A stretch of 64,000 nucleotides of DNA, from assembly GCA_036172245.1 (NCBI GenBank), contig JAYWIR010000004.1, positions 1,674,001 through 1,738,000 of the forward strand. The letters are read 5' to 3'. The stretch's first letter is position 1, and each line of letters starts with the position of its first letter. Origin of the DNA: Raillietiella orientalis (Eukaryota). Positions 50,600 to 61,899 of this stretch are shown piece by piece. A model generated the notes under the pieces. That model saw only the letters and a program-made list of their open reading frames with translations. It had not been told where the DNA came from and made no database searches. The translations under genes and the position numbers were made by a program.

Positions 50600-53500
50600 A
50601 CTTTTCAAACGCTTTCCCGAAAAATCCCTGAAGAGAAATACGGCGCAGTCGAAACACAGTTGCATTTCCAAAAAAAGAAAATCCTGCCGCTAATAGGAAG
50701 TGCCTGCCCACTCTGTGGCAGGAAATCACACAGGACGTGAGCCACCCGAGTGCAGTGAGCTTTCTAATTCGCAACAGAAGCAACATCCAGAAATAGATGT
50801 TCCTCCGCGACGCGCCAGGTCAAACCCGTTGAGGGGCTCTTCAGGACCTAATTGCTTGTTCTGGAGGAAAATCAATTTCTCTTCGGAACAAGTAAACAAC
50901 CTGTTTGCCGGAATTCACGTTCCATCCTTAGCGTTGCCATTGGATACCGAATGTGGCAAGACCTCGGAGATCGGGTTGCGGGAAGTCGGTGTTTGCGATT
51001 CCGATGTCGGTGGGACCTCTCATCATGGGAGTCACGCTGCGATTCTGTGCTTTTGTTCTTCGTGAGTAAAAGCACTGCGTCTTCCCTGATCCGAATCGCT
51101 GGGGTTCGGCATTTATCGGTCAAAAGTCGTCTATGCGAAAAGAGTCTGCCGAAAATGCACAATTAAAGATGCGATGGCTCAATTTCTTTCTCATGACAGT
51201 GGAGCGTATTCCCAAGAAATTATCCGTCCCACCTAGGAAATGGTAGCCCTGGAGACCGGACAAGGAACTTAATGTAGGGAAATAAAATAGCGCAACGTTA
51301 GATGCTCTTTGTGAAGAGATTCTCGGGAGGGCATTTTTCCAAAAACGGCTCTTTTCAGAATGCTTCCGATTTCTATAAAAGAATGAGGGCAGCTTAGGAA
51401 AACACCCGTGTCATGGAGGGCCACGGTTCTCTGCTTCGTCTCTGCCTTCCTTGGTTCACGCGCGGAAACTTGAAATCAATCAGCTGTTCGAGAAAACAAG
51501 GGAGAAACAGTATGAGTCATGGGCCAGCATTATTCTTTTGCTCTGTCCCCACGAAGCCGTGGCATCAGTTTGAGGATCAGATCGAACTCAATTAAAGGTC
51601 GTTCTCCGTGATCTCATCGTTTTATTCCCTTCTGAACTTCCGCCAAGCTTCAGGAGGATGTGCAAAATGCCATGCTTTGCGATGTACCTGTCGAGCAGTG
51701 TCAGAGAGGGACACGGGAAACACTGGGACCTCATGAGAAACCGGGTGGCGCATTTGGCATCGCCTGTGGTTGAAGCCTCTTGTGCTGAGGCAGATGCACG
51801 TATGGCAGTGGACGGATGCGTGCGGGGTGGAGGGAGATTAAATAGCATGGAATCCGGAAAGCTGCTGGCGGTGCTTTAAAGGCGCAACAAGATTTTAAAT
51901 CTTGAACCGGAAGTGAAACTTTGAATTGATGACAGTATGGTAAGTCCTCATCGACATCGTGTGAAGACTGAGGAAGCATCATGGCTTCCCCCTCGTCTAG
52001 ACGAAAGGAATTGGCGTCCCTGCAGCATCTGAGGCTAAAAATCTCGGATCATAAGACAAGTGAAAGGAGTCGAAGAGCTCTTCCTTTCTTATGAGGAGGA
52101 GCACTCAAAGATAGTGGGCTGCGAGAAGAAGACCCGGCAAGCACATGGCAAAGTGGTTTCAATGAGTGGCCGAGTCCACTTTGATCAAGGAGGCATCCTG
52201 AGACCTGCGAGTGTGAGCTGTTTGTAGAGTAGCGAAAGGGCTGTCACAAACAGCTCGCACTCGTAGGTTTCTTAGGATGCCTCTTTGATCAAAGTGGACT
52301 CGGCCTCGCATTGAAACCACTTTGCCATACATGATGCAGTGAACGATTCCTTCCCATAAGAAATATTCTCCATCGATAGCTCCAACCGACCCGGAATCGG
52401 AAGAAACTCGAAGTTTTTCGTTGCTAAAATGATGCAGAGTTGCTTCTCGGATGCAACAATTCTGAGAAGATGAGATGAGATGCAACAACATTCTCTGAGA
52501 GCACATCGTTCTGAAGATGTTCAGAAATCTTGGCTTCATGAGATCACACAGTGATGAACGCGCTCTCACGTACACCGGTGCATCAGCTCTGCGTGCTCCT
52601 CCTGATCTATGAAATGGTCGCTAGGGAAGGAAGGATAATGAACGAGGTCTGTCTCCAGATCTTGCCTGTCTCCTTATTATGAAGGAAATCGTAACGGAAT
52701 ACACGCACAGAACACACACCTGGTCAACACGCATGAAGTGAATCCAGAGAGTTGAGCTCAGGGTTATGGAGAGATGGAGTAATTTTTTCTTCCTCTGAAG
52801 TGCGCTTCAAAAGAATAAGACTTGGTACAAGCAGCTGCTTCTCTCTTCCGAGGCGTCGTCTTCCTGGCCATCTTTTGATCAAGAGTCCCGAGAAAGTTCA
52901 GCTGAAGCCATTTGTCACAGGTGTGCCAGGTCGAGAGGCGTGCAGTGACACGCTGCAAGGTGACAGAGTCTGTGGATCTTATTTTCCTCTCCGAGTGCGG
53001 AAATGGATGAAGCAGAAAGTGCAACGAAGTCCCGCGATGGCAGCCGGACCTGATACCCCCGCTGACTGAACGGGATCGGAAGCTCCGGAGTCCATCCAGG
53101 AATCACCTTTTCGGTTCCCCTAAAGGTTCCCCGTCCAGCTGTGAAAAAGAAGTCTTTTTGCCGTGTGCTTCCAAGAGCCCATGGATCACCTCTGATGCTT
53201 TCTTGCGGAAAGTGCAAAAAGAAAGGACGTTGGAAGCTGACACCCAGCTTTGGGTCCTCGAAAGTCAGTTGTCAGCTGTGTGTTCTTCCTCAGCCGGATA
53301 ATCACAGAGATGAAGAATGACGGATAATGGTTCGTGGGTAGAACTTCCACGGGAAAGCGCGCAGCAGCTGAAAACTTTCGCTCTGCCCTTCTGCATGAGA
53401 AACGAACTTCAAGAAGGACTTTGCAGGAGGAGGGGAAGAAAGAGCTGGTTACTCGGTAACTAGATGTCAGTTGCAATTATCCGCTCGTGGATCCGTGACG
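50600..53500 (+). mobile_element. Long L1 fossil: ORF1, endonuclease and RT
   Basis: IHVPSLAL...EIG..VG...AAILC (ORF1), MYLSSSVRE..HWD (endonuclease), EIFSIDSSNRPG..SKFF, TLQGDRVCGSYF (lrQGDp.sp.lF). Collinear. Confidence 0.7.
52145..52328 (+). repeat. Long inverted repeat/hairpin (arms 52145-52225 and 52246-52328); candidate small-RNA precursor
   Basis: 81/83-nt arms with 4 G.U pairs, 2 mismatches and one 2-nt bulge; the 20-nt centre can partly pair. Confidence 0.95.
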
Positions 53501-53714
53501 TGGTGCTTCGGAAATCGCGGCAAGTTCGCAGAAGGAAGGCCCGCGAATCGAGCATATTAGAAAGCACCGAAGAGCTAACTAAGACGAGCCTGAAGGCACC
53601 GTTCTCGACCTGTTATCCGTCGATCGATTGATCGTCGCAAAAGATTTCTGGAAAGGATGAATTTTTCCGAATCAACGAAACGAAGAGTCGAAATGATTCA
53701 GCAGTAGCGTGGAG

Positions 53715-54760
53715 CGCACAAAAGCTGATTCTTCAGCAGGCAAGCTGGCACCACTGAACGAAGATCACTCCAGAAAGAACTCGAGGCTGATTGAGGTATT
53801 CGTATCGAAGGATCTCTCTCGTGGGAGGAAGAGTTCATCAGGACGAGGAGATCGACTCTCCATAACTTTTGCAGCCTTAGGAGGTCCAAAAATCAATAGA
53901 CGTCTTCGACTCTTTGAAGAAGGGGACTTTTGCCTGCATACAGCCTGAGAAGGTTCCCGAATGGAGCAGCAGCAGCAGCATCCACCCGTATTTCTCTTCT
54001 CTGAAAAAATACCCGTGGACCAATTTTGCAAAAATGCACGTGGACCACTGATGAGCGCAGCAGATATCGTGTTCCCGGCACGTTCAAACGGCCCTTGGGA
54101 ATTTCAACCTGCCGAAAGACAGCGTCGAACGCCGTCGAACTCGGGGAGAGTGTGGACTGCCCTCTTCACTGAGAGTGAACAAACGTAGAGATGAGAGGAC
54201 TGCGCAAGCTGTGCAGGGCGAGCTCACATCTGAGCTCGTCGTGGATGCTCTCATCTCCTGAAGCTCGCAGCTGCGGTCGGGCTGCCCCAGTGGCTAACCA
54301 GTAAGTCACCGACCACGTGGCATTCTTCCTCGACTAGCGCAGCGTGGAGCGCGCAGGCTGCAATGTATTTTGAAGGGAGCCGCGACCAAGGGGCTTCGCT
54401 CCGCTACCGAAAGCGCAGAGAGCGGGAAGTCCGGAAATCTTCCACCACCACGTGTTCGTGGGAAAGCGGAGAGGCAGAGGCCATCCGACGGTTTTCTCGC
54501 AGTAGGACTGCAGCCGATGACCCACTCGCCGTGGTGAAAGATGCATCACCGGACTCGCCGCACTACCGACCTCTGGCAAGCAGGAACGTCTCGAGTCCAA
54601 AGCTCTGTGGTGCGGGTCCGGAGAGGGGGCGAGAGCGGGAAACGGCAGTGATGGATGCTGTCACTGCTTCGGAAAGTCTCTGGACCTCTTTACATGCACA
54701 TTTCGTGCTCGAGGCAAAATCCTAGAGGAGGGGTGGCTGGTCTTCTGGAAGCGTGAAGAT
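53715..54760 (+). pseudogene. Decayed death-domain plus caspase p20-like gene
   Basis: DD-like KELEAD*GIRIE...EEFI...LHNF. Then GSRDQG, GEAEAIRRF/AVGLQPMTH, SDG...LDLFT..VLEAK, which resemble caspase 'prG', 'D...l...F..lG' and 'L.gKPK'. Confidence 0.3.
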
Positions 54761-54899
54761 CCCCAAGAGTTCCTGACGTTTGCTTGGGAAGAGAGGTTTC
54801 TTGTTACAGAGCTTGCCTTTTTGGGTGAGTTAGCGTGGGGACACGGAAGATTCAGAACGCGGATAGAACCGGATCTCGTAAAGGAAGGGGGATGATGTT

Positions 54900-55700
54900 T
54901 TCCGGGACCTCAGAAAGAGGCAGGTATTACTCTGCGCTTGTTTTCCGGGAAGGGTTTGAAAGCTTTCGGCGCTCACTAGAACGCTCAGGGAAGATGGCGA
55001 GAGGTCGCAGAAGACACGAGGTTTCCAAGGCACCGTGAAGCTGCGGTCTCACGTTCTTTGAGAATCGCCGCTGCCTTCCGTGAGGTTCATCTCCCTCCTT
55101 TCCCTCCTTCCGGTGATTTTCTTTCCTGTTCTCCGTTGATCCGAGGACTAAAATCCGGGATCTTCATTGGCTCCTCCGATTCGAGAGGCAGCTTGCAGTG
55201 TCCGGCTGGACCACATGGTAAGCAGGGACTGAAAGTCCGCGCTATCGGATGGAGCCGAATGGAACTGAGCCGGTTATCTTGTAGTGGCTCACTGAAGACA
55301 CGCGCTTGATTTCCGAAAGACTTTTTCGCTGGATCCTTGGGCCCGTTCCTACTTCCTCCAGGTTGTCTTCTAAGCCATTCAAACGCACCTTACAGTGAGT
55401 TGCAGTGAAAAAACGAAAGTTTAAAGATGATCGCGCTTTTAATGATGGCGAGGCGAGACTCTTCCTGAATTCCAAGATACAGCTGGAGGGAAGGATACTG
55501 AGAAGAGGAAGATCATCCATCCACAATTGGGGGGGGGGGGATTCGTATCGAAGACGCTTGCTGAAAAAAAAATCATTCCTGAATCCAGATCGGTCGTTTA
55601 TCTCTTTTATGTCAGCTGCACTTCACGTTGGTACTTTGCTGTGTTTTCAGCCTTTTTGACCGAGGCGTGCTTGCGCACTGACCAGGAACGCTGGGCTCAA
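54900..55700 (-). pseudogene. Decayed LRR protein gene, copy 2
   Basis: SVFDT..LWMDDLPLLSILPSSCILEFRKSLASPSL..SSLNFRF...LEDNLEEV..PRIQRKSLSEI...KIT shows LxxLxL..N periodicity. Confidence 0.45.
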
Positions 55701-56169
55701 GTATTCCCCCTTCAGGCTACAGTGCTGACTTTTGTGGGTTTTGCAGCACATGGGAAACGCTGGGTGCTGATTCATTACTGCAGAAAATTTACGGTCCTCT
55801 TGCTGTTCAACTTGGGAGAGAACGCCACCTTCAACTGAGATCCATGACTTGTATTCCCTTCCTGCTCAAGCAGAGAGTGAACACGGTCTTGTGCTTTCGC
55901 ATGTGATCTTCACAATCTTTATGGCAGAGCTTCGTGAATTCCCTTTTTTCATCTGTAGCTCTTGTACTCTGCTTCTCTGCTCTTAGTCAGGCCTTCTCTG
56001 TCGCCCAGTTTACTTACAGGGAGCTTGCTTTGTCTTTGCTCTGAGGAGGTCTACGGACAAAGAGGAACAGCCATCAGGAAGCATATTCGGCATCAAACAA
56101 TGGTAGCGGATCTTCTTGGGGCTACACAGAACGGTGGGTTTTCCTGGAAGGAAGCATAGGATATCTTTC

Positions 56170-56800
56170 ACTGCTCATCTTTGAGATGATGCTCCGCTCG
56201 TAACAAGGAAAAGCAAAAACAGCAGATGAGAAAACAGGGATTCACTTGGGAAAATGGAGAGAGGATGCCGTCAAAAATGAGGATTTCCGGTGGAATTTGG
56301 TTGAGGGAAGTGGTGGAAAAGTCAGCTGAAAGGCTTACTGTATCAGAGGAGAGAAGACCTCTCTGAAAGCAGCGAAGCAACCGGGATTGTGGGTGCAGCA
56401 TATCGTTGCTGTTTGAACATCTGCGGAATTTTAAAGTAGGCGAAAATTGCATGGTCCAGCATGCAGATTGAGTTTCAGGAATTATAAAGAGACCTTTTGA
56501 AATTCAGGGACAAAAAGGAAGACCAGCTCTCAGCTAAGGGAACATCGAAAAGAAATCCCATTAAGAACGGAAGCATCAGACCTGGGTTGCAATGGCAGGT
56601 TCTGAGATGGATGTTCCGTGAAAACAACCGGTCTCGTCTTTAATTGTAATGCAACAGTCACGTTTCACAAAAAAGGCGTGTGGTCGAAATGCTCGACTTG
56701 GCATGAGTGTGTGCGGAAGCGCCTCGCTCTGCTCGTGATGGAACTCATCTGCCTGCACCCATGAGGGAGAGAAAAACTTCAATCACGCGTGCGACGAGGT
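56170..56800 (-). pseudogene. Decayed LRR protein gene, copy 3, with LRR-CT-like cap
   Basis: SEALPHTLMP...LKF...RGLLSSDTVSL...DGILSPFSQVNPCFLICC (NP..C.C cap). Confidence 0.45.
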
Positions 56801-56849
56801 TCTTGGGCCGCAAACTTCTGGGAAGGAACAGGGCAGCTGGCATTCAGCT

Positions 56850-57450
56850 GGAAGAAGAGAAAAATGGCGAAGGCGAAATCGACGAAGGACTCTCACGTTG
56901 CTGGCTTGTCAGAAACCTCCGCTCTGCCCATCGCCGAAAACGGATTTTTCGAAATAAGGACAGGAACGGTGCAACTAATCCTATGGCACCACGAAAAGCA
57001 CGCAGAGGAGTGCATCTCGTCTGGCTGGGATTCCCGGGTTTGAAGAGGACGACGTCTGAAACCACGACTCGTGTCAAATGGAACGAGACCAGGAGACGCT
57101 CGAAACTCCTCCAGAGAAGACTGTGCTCAACCAGCTGCTCCATAGAGACATCTGCTGGCGAGCCCACGCCGATCGGAAAAATGAAGGAGGGAAAGAAGGA
57201 AGACATAGGAGGCCACTTGCCCACCGCGTGACACTTCCATCTTTTCGTGGTTCGCTCCTGCTATGTGCAGGAAATGCTGCTCTCTCCCGTGTGTGCGTAA
57301 TTATAGGATCCAAGCAATCCTTCCTCTGCTCTAAAACAATTGCTCATCGTGCCTGGAACATTTGCTTTCGCGGGTTCGCACGCCCTAAGAGGGACCGGTG
57401 TTTCCTTTTGCTCACCCATGTGTTTGACATCTTGAAGTGCTCATCTAGCG
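56850..57450 (+). mobile_element. L1 ORF1 fossil
   Basis: NGFFEIR, TRVKW, SAGEPTPI, LSRVCVII and a knuckle remnant. Confidence 0.5.
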
Positions 57451-58449
57451 TTAGTCTCGCTGACGTAACCTGGACTCCAGCCTCGCAGATCCAAAGCTTC
57501 ACTGCCTAGATCTGCGTGCGATCATCGCAACGAAACTTGGAGCCGAATTTATAGACATGGGAGTTCGCCTCTGTGGGTCTCTAACGAGCTCTGAACCCGG
57601 GTCGCCGGGTTCGGAAACGCGGATCACTTGAGAGACGCGATGGTGTGGTGCAGCGATCGCGTGTCACCCAGGACACTCCTCGGAAGAATCGAATCTTCCT
57701 CTCTCCGCCATCATGCTGCATTTATTTGCTGGGGATCCAGGACCAGGGAAAACCGCCCGGGCAAGAGCAAGGATTGCAAGTTGGACCCGGCCGGCCTTCG
57801 TGCGGCAGTCGAAGCAAGAATCGAAAAAGCACACAAGCCGAAGGATTTCTCTTCCCAAAAAGGAAATCCAGCTGATGAGAGTTTCTGATTTGCTGATTGT
57901 CATCTTGCGACAGCGACCGATAAACTCCGAAAGCGCGCCTTCCGCGTTCAATTCTCGTCGCGATTTCGAGCAGCTTCCCGAAGCTTCGGAGCTCGCTTCT
58001 TTGTCCCGGCACAGCTTTCCGTCTGAGCGCGTGAGAATTCAGGGAACGGCACGGATGATTTTCATTTAGCGGAGCCGATTTTCGGTTCCTCTGGTTGCAA
58101 AAAGCGCCGCCGCGAGTGGAGCCGTTCTTTTCTTCCTCGGTCTGAGAAAGAAACCAGAAAGGCCGTCTCTGAGAAACGGAAGAGAGGGGCGAGGGCGGTG
58201 AAAAGCAGCCGGACATGGGCGAGGGAAGTCGCTAAAACACCTTGGGAGTCGTACGAAAGTCCGGTACCACCGTTTGTTCTTACCGGTGCAACCAGGAATG
58301 CATCTGGATCCCCATCTCTCGAAGAAGCAGAGAGAGACGCAGCTGAGGTCACCTGAGCAGCAGCTGGGAGCGAGTCGCCGTTTAAATTTTTCCACAGAAA
58401 AAAAAAAAAAAAAGCCGAAGCAAAATGATGCTGATCGTGTTTGGTGTTC

Positions 58450-59250
58450 GCACGACGGTCTCGCGTTAGATTTTCACGTACGAGGGCGTTCGATTGCGCG
58501 TGCGCTCTCTGCAAGACTTCCTTTCTGCGTGCTTCCAAGCGTTCCAGACGCCTCACCATTCACATCAGAGTAAAGTGGTGGTTCTTGCTCGCACCAGCAA
58601 TTTCTTGATCATCTCGAATCTTCCGGTCGTAGCTAGGCAATTATTTCGAAAGCACTTGAGGGAAAACGCAAGGGCAGCAGAAATCATCCAGTCAAGAGAA
58701 TCGCTGGTGAACCTGAGGACTGCAGCCATTTTATATCTCACTCGATATGCGGATGGATGCCGAGCCGGATGCGAAGCTGACCCTTGGAGACCCGAAGGAA
58801 GCTGTCTGCGGGAGCCGATTCCTTCGACCTTCCCTGTTTTCCAGATTCATCTGGAAAATCGCTTGCTCCTCGTAAACATTCTATCGGGATGAAGTGTTTC
58901 GTTCGTGTTCATACGCCTCGTGATGCAGACCGAATTTATTTTCGGCAAGGTCTTTTCCTTTTCCTAAAAGCGCTTCGGTTCAGACCGCGCGAGGGCGCTT
59001 TGCATTTTTGCTTTCTTTCCGACAGCTCCTTCTCGATGGGTAGTCAGCACGCGTTGGAAAGAGTAGGGAGGAAGTACCGAACTGCTTGACCTCTGCTGAC
59101 CTTTCGAAGGGACGCGAAATCGGCAGAAAGGAACGGCAGCATCAGTTTTCTGTCTGCTTTTCTGCTTCGCTCGCCGGATAGAAGCATTTGGGCAAGCTGG
59201 TTTGGTCCCTCTCGCTGGTGGTACCTCAAAAGGGATACTTACCGGGACTC
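58450..59250 (-). mobile_element. L1 zf-RVT region fossil
   Basis: IWKTGK, DSLDW..CPCVF, LEARRKEVL (W.aRN..vf). Confidence 0.45.
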
Positions 59251-59499
59251 TTAATAAGGACTGTGACAATAAAACGATTCGAGGAATATCGCAAACAAGC
59301 TGTACCCTATGATTTGATCAATTGACGTTCCTATGGTGCACCTAATATTTTTATTTATTCTTTAATTGTGGAGTCAGGAAGAAAAGAGGATCAAAAAAAA
59401 AAAAAGACTTGATTTTTCGTACGCAGCAATTTGTTAGATGGCATGCGTTATCTTAATAGAATCAACCTTACTAGGTACAGAGATAATGCACAGGTGCGA

Positions 59500-61650
59500 A
59501 ACGAGAATTCCGAGATAATTGAATGGTTGATTTTCAAATGATGACCTTCGTCAGGCAGGGAACATCCACTTATTCATGGCATTAATTGTTTCAGAGCAGT
59601 GGTTTGCCATGACTGTGCTCGGGATAATCTTACCTTGGGAAGCTAAACACGACTTGTGGTCTTCTCGCTTATTAAAAGCCGTTTACCGGGAGATGAAAGT
59701 TTCCCCTGGTTGTACCACTTGAAATTTGCAAACCGGTCAATAAAGAAAATGGTGCAGATTATTGGCATCCGGATTACAATTCCTTACTCTGCTAAGAATC
59801 TGTCGGTGATTATAGGCTTCGGTTCATTTGAATGACCGCCACGACCTCGTTAATTAGATATATTGAACAAGGTCCCCTGTTTTCATTTTTTTTTTTTTTT
59901 TTTCATTTTTTTTCATTTTTTTTTTTAAACGATTGAGGCGATCCTCCCGCTGTATCTTCCAGAATTCCACGTTTTTCTCTCTCTGTTGATTATTTTTTCC
60001 TCGGATGATTATGCTCCGCAACATGCTCTTCGCGTCCTCCTCAACTGAAGGCTAAGAAAAACGAGTGGATGCTGTGATCTGCCTCGAAAAAAAAAGAAAA
60101 AGGAAGGCAGAAAGAAAGAAAGAATTTCTTCTGTCTTCGGAAATCCGAGTGTTCCCGAATCGCTTCCCGAAATCGGTAAACTCTCCCCAAGTTCCATTTT
60201 CACTTTCATCCCAACACGGCTTTTGCGTGGTCCTCGACGTCTCCGTGAATGCGCAGTTCTTCTTCCCAGTTCTGGTTTGCTTTCGGGTAAGAAATTCAGA
60301 CGAACCGCCTGCTAGTAGAGCATCCGCGGAAGACCGGAATTTTCAACCAAAAGAAATGACCGAATTCAGCGTTCGGATTCGAGGGTGGGGCAGCCTCTCT
60401 GAAGGTTGGCAACCCGTAAACCTGCGCATCCACTCATTTAGAGAAGACACAAAAGTCAACATCCAGGCAAGGATGCGTAGTACGGGATCTTGAGACGAAA
60501 AGTTCTGAAATCGAAAAGTTTGGATCTTTCCAAGCTCGGGTCATTTTCACTGGTTACTCCCATTCATCCATTCATCCAGCTCCCATCCATCCTCCCTTTG
60601 CATAGAGGGCTGTCGCGCACTCATATTCTCGCTTGCAGGCTACCCTTCATCTCTTACCGTTTCCGCTTTCGAATCAATTGAGCATTCTCTTTCATTCTTC
60701 CCACCTCAAAGCTTTAAATCTCATTCGAACTGCGAGGATGGTGGGATCAAAAAAAAAAAAAAAAACTCAAGATACAGCGAATTCCCTGAGCCCTTTTCTA
60801 AAGAATTTCTTTCACACGGAAAGAAGGAAAATGATAGATCAACGCAGACGGATGGATGTCAGTGAGAGATGGTAGCAGTTATTACAACAAAAGTTACCCG
60901 TTGCGACGCATCCCCTATGCGTTCCTGAAGCCGAGATTCTCTTCCTCTGTACCAAGCCATGCTTCGCGCGTCAAACAGCCGTACGATTTGCATTTCTCAC
61001 ATCCTCGCTTTTGGATGCGCTTCCTCTGGATTTTTATACGCCACCGTAGCCGGATTGACATTTCGATGGTTGGGTTGCGGTATCCAAATCCTAATTCTGG
61101 AGTTGGGATGTGATCTTGCTAAGACGCGAACAAAGCGAGTCATCATCATTTAGTTTGAAGCAAATTAAAAATGAGCTGCGGGATTATGAACGGAAGTTTG
61201 AGGAGCTTCTTGGGCACATCCTTTGAATCGCATTTTCTGAAGTCTTCTGCGTGTTACTGTTGCAAAGGTTTACGCACCCCCAAAAGGGGGTGCGTAAACG
61301 GATATAAAAACGCTTGCTTGGCCTTTTGCATCGGAATAGATTTCATTTTGGAAATGAGGTGAGGATTCCGTCATGACTTCCACTCAGAATGGAGCATGCC
61401 GCCGTTTGGCATCTTTGCTTATAGAGAATTGCGTTTGTTTCCCGCTAACGCGGATGCTTACCGTCATCGAATGCTGGACCTTTTGGCCAATGAGGTTTGT
61501 TGTACCTTCGCACTTGCAACTCTCCGGAGTCCGAAAAATAATGGCCGTGTACACAGAATTAAGGCCTTTCGGATCCTGAACTCTCCCAGGCCACCTAAAA
61601 AAAGGAAGGAAAAAGAAAAAAAAAGCTTTTGAGCAGATGCCATGGCAACC
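59500..61650 (+). mobile_element. L1 3' fossil: post-RT, zf-RVT and RNase H-like
   Basis: PWEAKHDLW..LKAVY, FGSFQAR, SHILAFGC, WSMPPFG...ANADA (W..Pp.g..k.N.Da). Confidence 0.55.
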
Positions 61651-61899
61651 TGGTTAGGTGAATATGGCTGATTCGCGACTTGTCGGAGAGAGTGATAGGT
61701 GTTTCGATAAGCGAGAAACGCAAACATTTAATAACTTTTCCCACTGAATGAATGGATAGTTAATATGTGTTTTCATATTTACTATCCGTTCATTCATTCC
61801 TTAGCGACTGAGTTTCTAAGGAGAGAGGGAAAGAATTTTGAACCGCTCCTTAAAATTTATCCCAAGCACATAATTGCATTATTTCGAAATTTTTATCAT

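Noticed and set aside
57872..57952. Hammerhead ribozyme-like core (ctgatga...gaaa...ttc)
   Set aside because: Stem II needs a bulge next to the core and stem I cannot form.
61636..61649. X-box-like gatgccatggcaac
   Set aside because: Isolated, and within an L1 RNase H-like fossil.
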